Origin: Spirochaetia bacterium | Lineage (GTDB): Bacteria > Spirochaetota > Spirochaetia > DSM-2461 | Length of the DNA: 64,000 nucleotides | Direction: 5' to 3' | Assembly (NCBI GenBank): GCA_963666985.2 | Contig: CAXXIA010000002.1 | Location: 1,536,001 to 1,600,000, forward strand | In this document: piece by piece, positions 43,232 to 52,290 of the stretch | Numbering within the stretch: the first letter of the stretch is position 1 | Layout: the number at the start of each line of letters is the position of its first letter | Notes under the pieces: model-generated | What the model saw: only the letters and a program-made list of their open reading frames with translations | Told to the model about the DNA's origin: nothing | Databases searched by the model: none | Position numbers and translations under genes: made by a program

Positions 43232-43648
43232 CTACAGCAGCTTCTCAAGCTCCTCGGCGCAAACCCGCACGGCCTCGCTGCAGACCGTTGAATACAAGTC
43301 CTTCTCTTTTGCCTCTTCAAGATCGGTTCCGAGAATATCGCGGCATCGTTTCGCTCCCAGACGGGCTTCCACCGCATTAAGGAAGGAGGAAACCTTTTCC
43401 TTGGTCAGCGCCTTCGCTTCCTCTTCTTCCGGAGCTTCGCTTCCGTATTTCGCGTTCAGAATAAACACGCCGCCGGTGATGGCGCCGCAGATTTCCTGAT
43501 GTCCGCCGACTCCGCCGCCGAAACCGGTCGTAAGCTTGTGAACTAAAGCAAAATCAAGCCCCGCTTCTTCGGCGAACGCCGATGCCACGGACTGGGAACA
43601 GGCCGAAGCCGTTTTAAATTGAGCAGCGGCTTTCTCAATATGTGTCAT
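43232..43648 (-). CDS. C_GCAxxG_C_C family putative redox protein
   Basis: CSQSV, GFGGG, CGAITG, further Cys residues. Confidence 0.88.
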   Translation of the reverse strand: MTHIEKAAAQFKTASACSQSVASAFAEEAGLDFALVHKLTTGFGGGVGGHQEICGAITGGVFILNAKYGSEAPEEEEAKALTKEKVSSFLNAVEARLGAKRCRDILGTDLEEAKEKDLYSTVCSEAVRVCAEELEKLL

Positions 43649-43765
43649 AAACCGGCCTCCTGAAAATTTTCGGGCCGGACTGATTGAAGACCGACACGAA
43701 GAATCAAAGATGAGTATACTTTATAAAGGCTGCTGAGAACGACACCAATGCCCCGGAGGATCCGA

Positions 43766-44704
43766 ATGAAAAAACGTCTCTTTGTTACCCTGTTCGTCAT
43801 CGCCGCCGTCATCCTCGCGGGAATCGCGGTCGTCTTCCTTATATCGCCGGAGAAGCACCGCCTGAACGATGCCGTTCGCGCCGCGAGCGGGTACGATTAC
43901 ATTACGCTCTCGGAAGGCGTCACCGAATACGAAATCACCGGACCCGAAGACGGAACGCCGGTTATTCTGGTGCACGGCATGTCCGTTCCCATGTACGATT
44001 GGGATCGGCAGGTTCCCTATCTGGCGAACCGGGGATTCCGGGTGATCCGCTATAACCACTACGGAAGAGCGTATTCGGATCGACCAAGAGGAACCTACGA
44101 CCGGAGCAAATACGTCCGGCAGCTGAACGAACTCATGGAAGCTCTGAACATCGACCGGGCGCATCTGGTGGTCCATTCGTTGGGCGGGGTGATTGGAGTT
44201 TCCTTCGCGCAAATCCATCCTGAAAAAACGGATAAAATCGTCCTTATCGCACCGGCTTTCTACATGGCCGAAGACAACGGAGGCATCGCCGCAATCCGCG
44301 TTCCCATCCTGGGCGACATCCTGGCCAAGACGATGCTTCCCGGAATGCTCGCCGACCGCGCCGACGGACTGTTTTTCGACGCGGGGATTCCCGAAGCCGA
44401 AGAATACTCCGCCGCGTTTCGGGAACAAATGAAATACGCCGGTTTCTCCCGGTCCGTGAAATCCCTCTTCCGCAATGACATGGCGGACGAACTTTCGGAA
44501 CCCTACAGCCGGCTTGAGGGCGAAAAGGTGCTGCTGATTCGGGGAACCAAGGACAACTCCATCCCGGAAAAACATTTCGCGGCGATATCGGAAATTCTTC
44601 CATCCCTGCGCGTCGAGGTTCTTCAGGGCGCGGGACACTGTCCCAATTTCGAACGGCCGGATGAAGTTAACGCCATGATAGCGGGTTTCCTGACCGGCGG
44701 CTGA
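43766..44704 (+). CDS. Membrane-anchored alpha/beta hydrolase
   Basis: GGAGG then ATG 43766; N-terminal TM, LVHG, VHSLGG, GAGH. Confidence 0.88.
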   Translation: MKKRLFVTLFVIAAVILAGIAVVFLISPEKHRLNDAVRAASGYDYITLSEGVTEYEITGPEDGTPVILVHGMSVPMYDWDRQVPYLANRGFRVIRYNHYGRAYSDRPRGTYDRSKYVRQLNELMEALNIDRAHLVVHSLGGVIGVSFAQIHPEKTDKIVLIAPAFYMAEDNGGIAAIRVPILGDILAKTMLPGMLADRADGLFFDAGIPEAEEYSAAFREQMKYAGFSRSVKSLFRNDMADELSEPYSRLEGEKVLLIRGTKDNSIPEKHFAAISEILPSLRVEVLQGAGHCPNFERPDEVNAMIAGFLTGG

Positions 44705-44710
44705 AAAAAA

Positions 44711-46216
44711 TTACTTCCCCAGATAAAGCGAGTCTTCCAGAGTCGGTTCCATCTGTTTAATCAATTTATTCCAGAGCCGCCGCCGCTTCTCCGCATCAAC
44801 CCGGCCGACAAGATCGCTCTTCATCGTTTCATGAGACCGAACGGCTCGGCACAGCCTGTCGAATTCCGCATTTTCGTCCGAAAGAAACAGAACTTTTCTA
44901 TTTTTCTCCGTATATCCTTCGATGTGATTGTCGTAAGCACAGCAAACCTTTCTATACGCCGCCTCAACGCCCTCGCCGTACATCAAGAGAAAAGAATCCG
45001 TTCCCGGAACATCCTCAAGAATTCGTAAAGCATCGCTTAAAGCATCCAGAGCCTCGGAAAAATCCCGACCGGCCGAGAACCGCTCAGCGGCCTCGTTGAG
45101 CCGGCGTATCACGGCGGTATTACCGGATTCGCCGCGTTCCGAAACGTCCTTATTCTCAGGCGAAGAGAGTTCAAATTTCGGCATGGCTTTGCAGACTTCG
45201 ATCATCAGATCAGCCAGTTCCAAAAAAACGGATTCGGTCCAGCGATTATTCTCAACGGCATCCAGAAATCGAACCAGCGACTCCTTGTATTCCAGACGAT
45301 GCATCACCGCTTTATCGACCAGGATTTCGGTAATGCGCATGTCGAGTCCTTTGAAGGAAAAATAACCGACATCAAGAAAAGCCATCTGACGCGGAGTAAA
45401 CATCGGCGCGTAGCGCTTGGCGGTATCCGACTCATATTTCAAGCGGACATTCTGCGTCGTCAGAATGCGGGTCGCCGCCGAAGAAAACCGATTCGCCCGC
45501 GACTGAAGCCTGGCCGCCGTATTCACCACCGTTCCCGAAAGATCGCCGGCTTTGGTGATTACCAGAGAGGTATACTTACGTCCTCCCGCAATCCCGGCGG
45601 AAACCGACAAGTCGGGAAGCTTGTTGAATTCTCCCCGCCGCCTCTTAACGAACTCCCTTTTACCGGTTAATCTCCGCTCCCCGAAATAATCGGCGATCAG
45701 CACAACCGAATTCACGACATCGTAGGCCGATGTTCCGATCAAAATAATCTCATCTCCCCGAGCTCGGTTTCCTATGACATTATTCTCTCGGCACAAGGCC
45801 TTTACATCTTCCTCAATACAATCGTCCAGCAGGCGGAGGAGAGTCGCGTCGTTCCGATTCTTGGAAAATTCCGTATAACCGTGAATATCGATGAACGCGC
45901 AATAAATGTCGGTAATGGACATGCTCAGCTTCAGCTCACCGCCGAAAGGATAATCCGAATTCGGAAGGGCAAGCTGACCCCACAGCACGGGATAGGACTT
46001 GGGATTCAAATCCCTGAAAAATCCCCAGTAAATCTCACGAATCAGAGGAAAGGCGCTTTGAAGGACATAGTCCTTCCTGGCTCCTTCTTCAACACATTCC
46101 AAATAATTCACCAAATCCGAAAAACTCCGGATATGTCTGGTAACAACCTGCCAGTACACATGTGTGAATAATTCATAAGATGTGGTTTCGGCCGTAAGAT
46201 CCTTTATATCCCGCAT
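44711..46216 (-). CDS. Soluble class III nucleotidyl cyclase-domain protein
   Basis: FIDIHGYT, RARGDE, GTVVNTAARLQ; promoter TTGAGT-17-TAAAAT lies 8 nt before ATG 46216. Confidence 0.75.
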   Translation of the reverse strand: MRDIKDLTAETTSYELFTHVYWQVVTRHIRSFSDLVNYLECVEEGARKDYVLQSAFPLIREIYWGFFRDLNPKSYPVLWGQLALPNSDYPFGGELKLSMSITDIYCAFIDIHGYTEFSKNRNDATLLRLLDDCIEEDVKALCRENNVIGNRARGDEIILIGTSAYDVVNSVVLIADYFGERRLTGKREFVKRRRGEFNKLPDLSVSAGIAGGRKYTSLVITKAGDLSGTVVNTAARLQSRANRFSSAATRILTTQNVRLKYESDTAKRYAPMFTPRQMAFLDVGYFSFKGLDMRITEILVDKAVMHRLEYKESLVRFLDAVENNRWTESVFLELADLMIEVCKAMPKFELSSPENKDVSERGESGNTAVIRRLNEAAERFSAGRDFSEALDALSDALRILEDVPGTDSFLLMYGEGVEAAYRKVCCAYDNHIEGYTEKNRKVLFLSDENAEFDRLCRAVRSHETMKSDLVGRVDAEKRRRLWNKLIKQMEPTLEDSLYLGK

Positions 46217-46334
46217 ACGGGACAATTTTACTCGCGGCGGTATCCGGACTCAATATTCAAACCGCCGTTACCTCGGTTGAACGGGTACTCCCGTCCGCTC
46301 TTCAATCAAGCCTCATCTCCGCCTACAATATGGT

Positions 46335-46913
46335 ATGAACCCGAACTCTGAATCCTTTTTGAATCTTACGGAAAAACGCCGAAGCGTACGGAAATATCTT
46401 CCGGATTCCGTGCCGCGTGAATCTCTTGACCGGTGCCTGACGGCGGCACAAAACGCCCCTTCGGCCAATAACGGTCAACCCTGGGAATTCATCGTCGCTG
46501 CCGACGATACCGTTCGTGAACAGCTGGTTATAGCCGCGCGATTCGGTCCGCTTCGCGGCAACCTTTTTGCGGATCAGGCGCCCGTCATCGTAGCCGTAAA
46601 CGAAACACCCGGACACAGGCCGACGCGCTGGGGCGGGAAACTCCTGGGCAGGGACTTCCCGCTGATGGACATCGGCATGGCCGTTCAAAACTTCTGCCTG
46701 CAGGCGGCAGAAGAAAACTTGGGAACATGCATCCTCGGCCTCTTTTCCGCCCGAAGGGTTCGAAGAGCCTTAAATCTCCCTCCTTCAAAAAAACCCAGAC
46801 TCCTCATCACCGTCGGCAAACCCGCAAGCGAAGAGATTCCGAAAAAAAAGAGAAAGCCGCTCTCGGAGATAAGCCGTTATATTGAAGGGAGAGGAATATC
46901 GAATGGCGTATGA
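46335..46913 (+). CDS. Nitroreductase family protein
   Basis: RRSVRKY, APSANNGQPW, LGTC. Confidence 0.92.
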   Translation: MNPNSESFLNLTEKRRSVRKYLPDSVPRESLDRCLTAAQNAPSANNGQPWEFIVAADDTVREQLVIAARFGPLRGNLFADQAPVIVAVNETPGHRPTRWGGKLLGRDFPLMDIGMAVQNFCLQAAEENLGTCILGLFSARRVRRALNLPPSKKPRLLITVGKPASEEIPKKKRKPLSEISRYIEGRGISNGV

Positions 46914-47841
46914 TCTTTCGGAAACCCTGGTAATAGGACTCTCGTCCCGGGCCCTTTTCGACCTTGAACGGGAAAACCGTATTTTCGAGGAAGAGGGTTT
47001 GGACGCCTATGCCCGCTATCAGAAAGAAAACGAAGCACGTGTTCTTGAGCCGGGTACCGCGTTCCCGCTGGTTGAAGCCCTGCTGAAACTCAACGACAAA
47101 CTCGGCGAGCATATCGTGGAAGTCGTTATCATGAGTCAGAACAACCCTCAAACCGGCCTTCGGGTGATGAACTCCATAGACTTCTACAATCTGGCCATTA
47201 CCCGCGCGGCATTCTCGGGCGGAGAAGCCCTGGGCCCCTTCCTTGAGGCATACAGCGTTGATTTGTATCTTTCGAAAAACCCCGACGATGTTCAGGACGC
47301 CATTGACCACGGAATCGCCTCGGCTCAGCTTTATGCCCCGCCCGAAGCGTTCAATCCGGACGCCGACGAAATTCGTATCGCCTTCGACGGCGACGCCGTT
47401 CTCTTCAGTGAGGATTCGGAAGTGATCTATAAGCAGCAAGGCCTGGACGCCTTCCTGGAAAACGAAAAGGTCTTTGCCGAGGTTCCTCTTCCCGAAGGTC
47501 CATTCGGACGTGTTCTTCGAACCCTTTCAAAAATTAAAACACTTTCGGACAAACCGCTGGTCCGCATCGCCCTGGTAACGGCCCGGGACCGGCCCGCCCA
47601 CGAACGTGTGATTTTGACTCTTCGAAGCTGGGGCGTCACCGTGGACGAAGCCTATTTTCTCGGCGGCCTTTCCAAAGATAAAGTCCTTAAGGCCTTCAAC
47701 GCCCATATCTTCTTCGACGATCAGGATAAACACGCGGGTCCCGCATCCGAACACGTTCCCTCCGCCCGTGTTCCCTACAGGAAAACATCAAAGCTCTACA
47801 AAGAAAACGATTCGAAGCAGGATCAATTTCCGGATGAATAA
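46903..47841 (+). CDS. 5'-nucleotidase (HAD-like, PF06189 type)
   Basis: SSRALFDL, IAFDGDAVLFS, LVTAR, IFFDDQ. Confidence 0.92.
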   Translation: MAYDLSETLVIGLSSRALFDLERENRIFEEEGLDAYARYQKENEARVLEPGTAFPLVEALLKLNDKLGEHIVEVVIMSQNNPQTGLRVMNSIDFYNLAITRAAFSGGEALGPFLEAYSVDLYLSKNPDDVQDAIDHGIASAQLYAPPEAFNPDADEIRIAFDGDAVLFSEDSEVIYKQQGLDAFLENEKVFAEVPLPEGPFGRVLRTLSKIKTLSDKPLVRIALVTARDRPAHERVILTLRSWGVTVDEAYFLGGLSKDKVLKAFNAHIFFDDQDKHAGPASEHVPSARVPYRKTSKLYKENDSKQDQFPDE

Positions 47842-47953
47842 TCAAGAATATTCTTTTGCGGCATGAAGCGGCGCCTGTAAAAGTTCGGCGGAAACCGGAA
47901 TCCCAAGATTGCCTTTGAGAAATAAATATTTTTGGCTCTTTCTGTGATAATTC

Positions 47954-48544
47954 CTAATTCATTCGAAATCCGAAACCGACATCGAACATCGTATCGAAAC
48001 GGCCCGGCATGAAATCCCAAGCACTTTTTGCGGCGGTTATCGCAATGCAATAAGGCTTCCAGGCAAAAGAAAACCCTATATTCACAAGAAAAGTCCCGCC
48101 TTCGGGCTGATAATACACATGCGTGCCGGCCCCGGCTCCGAGACTCAGAAGAGAAACCGGCCCTCCAAGCAGATCCGAATAAAAATTGTAATCGGCATAG
48201 CCGCCGCAGCCTACGAGAAGACCGACCCGACCGACATTCAAGTCCCAGCCCACTCCCAGCAATCCTTCCGTGCCGATACTGACTTCCCTAAGATTGAAGT
48301 AAATTGCGACATTGCCGTTTTCCTGATTGTTATAGCTTATTGAATAATACGGAGTCAGGCGCGAGTACAATCCGACGAAATTTCCACCCTTTCGAATCCA
48401 GCTCATCGACAAATCCCGATTCACGCGATTATCAACAAAACCATATGGCCCCACGCTATACCCGATGTTAAACATGTTGGTCGCGGCGGACAGTGAGGCC
48501 GTCAGAATGAAAACAAGAAACAGAATCGTAACAAGCTTTTTCAT
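47954..48544 (-). CDS. Small putative outer-membrane beta-barrel, paralogue A
   Basis: Signal peptide, about 8 amphipathic Gly/aromatic strands, terminal VGFGFR. Confidence 0.65.
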   Translation of the reverse strand: MKKLVTILFLVFILTASLSAATNMFNIGYSVGPYGFVDNRVNRDLSMSWIRKGGNFVGLYSRLTPYYSISYNNQENGNVAIYFNLREVSIGTEGLLGVGWDLNVGRVGLLVGCGGYADYNFYSDLLGGPVSLLSLGAGAGTHVYYQPEGGTFLVNIGFSFAWKPYCIAITAAKSAWDFMPGRFDTMFDVGFGFRMN

Positions 48545-48700
48545 GCTTCCTCCGAAGCTTTATTCTTTACGCTGACAATATAATCCCAAGTTCTTACAGA
48601 TACACTATCCCGCCTTCTTGTCTCAACATAACAGCAGCGATAGAGCGAATCATCAATGTGATCGTATCATAATGATTCTTTCGGAATGAAATAACAGTTT

Positions 48701-48781
48701 GAGGAGACTTCAAAAATCAGCGAATTTTGAGGGGGGTCGGCTGTCGGCTAGAAGCAATTTCATCATTTATGAAATTGCCTC
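48701..48781. mobile_element. MITE-like repeat, copy 3 (81 bp)
   Basis: GAGGAGACTTCAAAAATCAGCGAATTTTGA...TCGGCTGTCG...ATGAAATTGCCTC; same architecture as the reverse complement of 30298-30399. Confidence 0.55.
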
Positions 48782-48808
48782 GGCTTATTTACCCCATATT
48801 GCCCAAGT

Positions 48809-48840
48809 AAAAAAAAGACCCCCGCGGAAGCGGGGGGTTA
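48809..48840 (-). terminator. Rho-independent terminator of paralogue B
   Basis: Minus strand CCCCCGC-TTCC-GCGGGGG followed by TC and a T8 tract. Confidence 0.8.
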
Positions 48841-48876
48841 TCTTTTGCAGCGGAATTTTGCCTTAATACTATAATC

Positions 48877-49518
48877 CTACCAGTCATCCCCGCCGCTTGA
48901 GGAAGACGACCGATTCGATTTTCCGCTGTTTCCTCCCGTACGCCAACCTATTCCAATATTCAGATTCACAGTAGACTGTCCCCAGTTCGTGTAATTATCC
49001 GAATTCGAATCAATTATATAGAAAGTCCAAGGACTGATAGCCGCCATAATACCGGCATTTATCACGATATTGCCGCTTCCCGGTTGAAAATACAAATTCG
49101 CGGCAAAACCAAACCCCGCGGAGACCGTAAAAGACGAATAACCGTAATCATAATAAAATAAATCGGAGAAAAGTCCTCCTCCAAGAAGCAGGCCCATGGA
49201 TCCGAAATTCAAGTCACCGCCATATCCAACAATAAAATTGGAGCCGATTAGGGTTTCGTCGTAATCAGACAGCTTCGCCACCGATATGTTTTTAAAACTC
49301 AATCCGTAATACGGATTTACTTGAGCATAAAGACCGGCATCATCATTTTTTAAGGTAGAAACACTGAGGCCTATACTGCGAAGGTGCAAGTCATCAATAC
49401 CCCAGAAATCATTATGAATATTATATCCAAGGTTCAACAAAGTTGTTTTTGCCGCCAATGGCATTGCCATAATTACCAGGACGGTAATGAAAACCAAAAC
49501 CTTTTTCATAAATTTCAC
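48877..49518 (-). CDS. Small putative outer-membrane beta-barrel, paralogue B
   Basis: Signal peptide; aligns block by block with 47954-48544 (GLY..PYY, GxDLN.G..GLL.G.G, Y.QP..G). Confidence 0.65.
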   Translation of the reverse strand: MKFMKKVLVFITVLVIMAMPLAAKTTLLNLGYNIHNDFWGIDDLHLRSIGLSVSTLKNDDAGLYAQVNPYYGLSFKNISVAKLSDYDETLIGSNFIVGYGGDLNFGSMGLLLGGGLFSDLFYYDYGYSSFTVSAGFGFAANLYFQPGSGNIVINAGIMAAISPWTFYIIDSNSDNYTNWGQSTVNLNIGIGWRTGGNSGKSNRSSSSSGGDDW

Positions 49519-49636
49519 ACTCCTTTTCTTATATAATTCCCATTTTACAATGTTCAGTATTGAAAACCAATAAAATCAAAAAGAAAACAAGGTTTTATTC
49601 CAATCCGGACTCTCTTAAAATGTTAAACTCTTACTT

Positions 49637-50962
49637 ATGGAAGGCTTCCTCTCCGAACTCATCATCTTGAGGGACTACATGTCCCATCACGGTCTGTTTT
49701 CCACGGGCATGCTGCTCATCCTCGGCTACTTCCTGGGTAAACTGGCCGCGCGGATTAAACTTCCCGAAATCACGGGATACATCATTGCGGGTCTCGTCCT
49801 GGGAGATGCCGTCCTGGGTCTTGTTCACCATGAAATGAGTGAATCCCTGCAGATCGTTACCGATGTGGCCTTGGGACTGATCGCGCTGACCATCGGCGGC
49901 GAGTTCTCCTTATCCAAGCTCAAACGCATGGGCAGCGAGGTGATCATCCTGACGGCGGCGCAGATTCTGCTCACCTTTCTCGCGGTAACCATAGGACTGC
50001 GGTTATTCCGCCTTCCGCTGCCGTTCGCCATGCTCTTGGGAGCCATCGCAACGGCCACGGCCCCGGCGGCCACGGTGGCCATCGTTCAGTCTCTGCGGGC
50101 ACACGGCCCCTTTATCGACCGCCTTTACGGGATTGTCGCCTTGGACGACGCCGGCGCGGTTATTATCTTCGGCGTGGTCTTCGCCGTCGTTTCGGGTATT
50201 CTCGGCGGAGGCGAAGTTGCGGCGGCCGGAGAAGCCGCGGCTCATGCGGCGTCTTCGGCGGCTCACGGCCCGGGCGGCAGTGCCGGAATGATCTGGACGG
50301 CCATTAAGGAAATCCTCATATCCATCATCATGGGCGGCCTTGTAGGCTGGATTATCCATTTATTAAGCCGTAAAAAAAATCATGCCGGAGAACTGATGAT
50401 TATTTCCCTGGGATGGATTTTTCTTTTAACCGCCCTTTCCATCGTGTTCCACCTCTCACCGCTGCTTTCCAACATGGCGGCCGGTACGGTACTGATAAAT
50501 CTCTCTCCGGGGAATCATAGAATTTTTCGAAATCTCGAACCGCTTACACCGCCTATTTACGCCTTGTTTTTCGCCATAGCGGGGACGGAGCTGAATCCGG
50601 CGGTTTTTCTGGAAGGAGACATCCTTATTCTCGGTCTCGTTTTTATCGCGTCGCGAGCTTTCGGGAAAATCTTCGGCGTAACAGGCGGAGCCCTTATTGC
50701 CCGCTCCAAGCCGAGCATCCGAAAATATCTGGGATTCTGCATGCTTCCTCAAGCGGGCGTGGCCATCGGCCTGGTGCTTATGATTCAGGCCTCTCCCATG
50801 GTGGCGAACCTCGGTAACGCGCAAAAGGATATTATTTTCATGATGGTGAATATTATTCTGCTCTCGGTCTTCTTCAATGAACTCTTCGGTCCGCCGATTT
50901 CAAAAGCCGCCATCGTGAAAGCCCTCGATAGGGAAGAACAAGAAAACAAGGAGGCGCAGTGA
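49637..50962 (+). CDS. Cation:proton antiporter (Na_H_Exchanger family)
   Basis: LPEITGYIIAG, ATATAPAAT, VALDDA, LPQAGVAIG. Confidence 0.92.
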   Translation: MEGFLSELIILRDYMSHHGLFSTGMLLILGYFLGKLAARIKLPEITGYIIAGLVLGDAVLGLVHHEMSESLQIVTDVALGLIALTIGGEFSLSKLKRMGSEVIILTAAQILLTFLAVTIGLRLFRLPLPFAMLLGAIATATAPAATVAIVQSLRAHGPFIDRLYGIVALDDAGAVIIFGVVFAVVSGILGGGEVAAAGEAAAHAASSAAHGPGGSAGMIWTAIKEILISIIMGGLVGWIIHLLSRKKNHAGELMIISLGWIFLLTALSIVFHLSPLLSNMAAGTVLINLSPGNHRIFRNLEPLTPPIYALFFAIAGTELNPAVFLEGDILILGLVFIASRAFGKIFGVTGGALIARSKPSIRKYLGFCMLPQAGVAIGLVLMIQASPMVANLGNAQKDIIFMMVNIILLSVFFNELFGPPISKAAIVKALDREEQENKEAQ

Positions 50963-51789
50963 TGGATCTCGCCGCAATGTTCGATGCCTCGTCCTGTTCG
51001 GTAAACCTTAAAGCCAAGGATAAAGATTCCATTCTCGAATCTCTGGCCGCCCTGGCCGTCCGCAGCGGACGAACAGGAAGCGCCTCGGAAAAGGCCATAG
51101 CCGTAGCATTGTCCGAACGGGAAGCACAAGGTTCAACGGGCTTCGGAGATGAAATCGCCATTCCCCATGCCAGGGTTGCCGGAATGAAGGACTTTCTCAT
51201 CTTCGTCGCCCATTCACCGAAAGGCGTGGAATTTCAAAGTCTGGATAAAAAAAAGGTTAAACTGTTCTTCGTTATCATCGGCCCTGAAAACCGCCCTTCG
51301 GAACATGTCCAAATTCTGGCGTCTCTTTCCCGGGCCTTAAGCGGATCCACCTTGAAAATGGAACTGCTGGCGGCCGGTTCCGTAGAAGTTCTGGCCGAAT
51401 CGTTCCTGCGGCACACCGGAGAGAAACACGAGGAGGTTCCTCAAAAAAAGCAGGATCAAAAGCTTCTCGTGCTCATTCTCTACATGGATGAATTCCTGTA
51501 TCACATCCTTGAATATTTCCTTGAAGAAGGAATCGAAGGTGCCACGATTCTCGATTCTTCCGGCATGGGCCAGTACATTTCCAATATTCCGCTTTTCGCC
51601 ACTTTCATCGGATTCATGAACGAAAAGAAAAATCACAGCCAGACGATTCTGGCCACCATTCCGGCCGCAAGAGAGGAAGAAATCATCAAGGGAATAGAAG
51701 CCATCACCGGAGATCTGGATAAAAAGCAGGGCGCCATGCTGATGACTCTGGATATCGGAACCTGGAAAGGGACGATGAAGATGATGTAG
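50959..51789 (+). CDS. PTS EIIA-2 domain fused to a PII-like C-terminal domain
   Basis: REAQGSTGFGDEIAIPHAR with the phospho-His; C-terminal GIEGATILDSSGMG...IPLF. Confidence 0.8.
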   Translation: MMDLAAMFDASSCSVNLKAKDKDSILESLAALAVRSGRTGSASEKAIAVALSEREAQGSTGFGDEIAIPHARVAGMKDFLIFVAHSPKGVEFQSLDKKKVKLFFVIIGPENRPSEHVQILASLSRALSGSTLKMELLAAGSVEVLAESFLRHTGEKHEEVPQKKQDQKLLVLILYMDEFLYHILEYFLEEGIEGATILDSSGMGQYISNIPLFATFIGFMNEKKNHSQTILATIPAAREEEIIKGIEAITGDLDKKQGAMLMTLDIGTWKGTMKMM

Positions 51790-51796
51790 CGCTCAG

Positions 51797-51853
51797 AAAA
51801 GGGCCGAATAACAAGACAGAGTCTTCGTCTCTGATTGTTTTCGGTCCTTTTCC
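51797..51853. terminator. Long hairpin after the antiporter operon
   Basis: GAAAAGGGCCGAA...TTCGGTCCTTTTC with an inner CAGAG/CTCTG stem. Confidence 0.45.
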
Positions 51854-52050
51854 TCACTTGACCCTACAAGACTGATGCTTCGCCCGAATTGTTTTCGAGC
51901 TTTCCGCTTCGCTTGACGAATTGGGGCCGGCGGCGTTACGAAAAGGCCAACGAACCTTGCCTCCGATTGTTTTCTCCTCTTCAGCTTCGCTTGCTGAAAA
52001 GAAATCGGCACCGGGTTGAAGGGTTCCATTTAAGCCCGCCGCTTGAAGCA

Positions 52051-52290
52051 TTGATTAAATAATCAACGTATGATATTTATCTTCCCGATATAGGAGAAGC
52101 GATCCGGAAGAGCCCCTTTATGACGGGCAGCGCCGGGACCGACGAAACCACAGATCAACAACTCATCCAATTCCGTAGGATAGGTGGGTTATGTTGAATC
52201 AGGTTTCTTCAGAATCCACTCCTTCCTTTCTGAATTAATACTTCGATCGGCATTATCCACCTCAGCTTCGACAAACTGAGGTTTAAAATC
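52051..52290 (+). promoter_or_regulatory. Operator-like palindrome plus structured 5' leader (candidate attenuator)
   Basis: TTGATTA-AA-TAATCAA, several hairpins, uORFs, and the stem ACCTCAG/CTGAGGT masking the SD. Confidence 0.5.

Noticed and set aside
44711..47841. Pycsar/CBASS-like defence system
   Set aside because: No co-transcribed TM or TIR effector; neighbours are housekeeping-type and differently oriented
52051..52066. FNR box
   Set aside because: Spacing is TTGAT-N6-ATCAA, not N4; kept only as a generic operator
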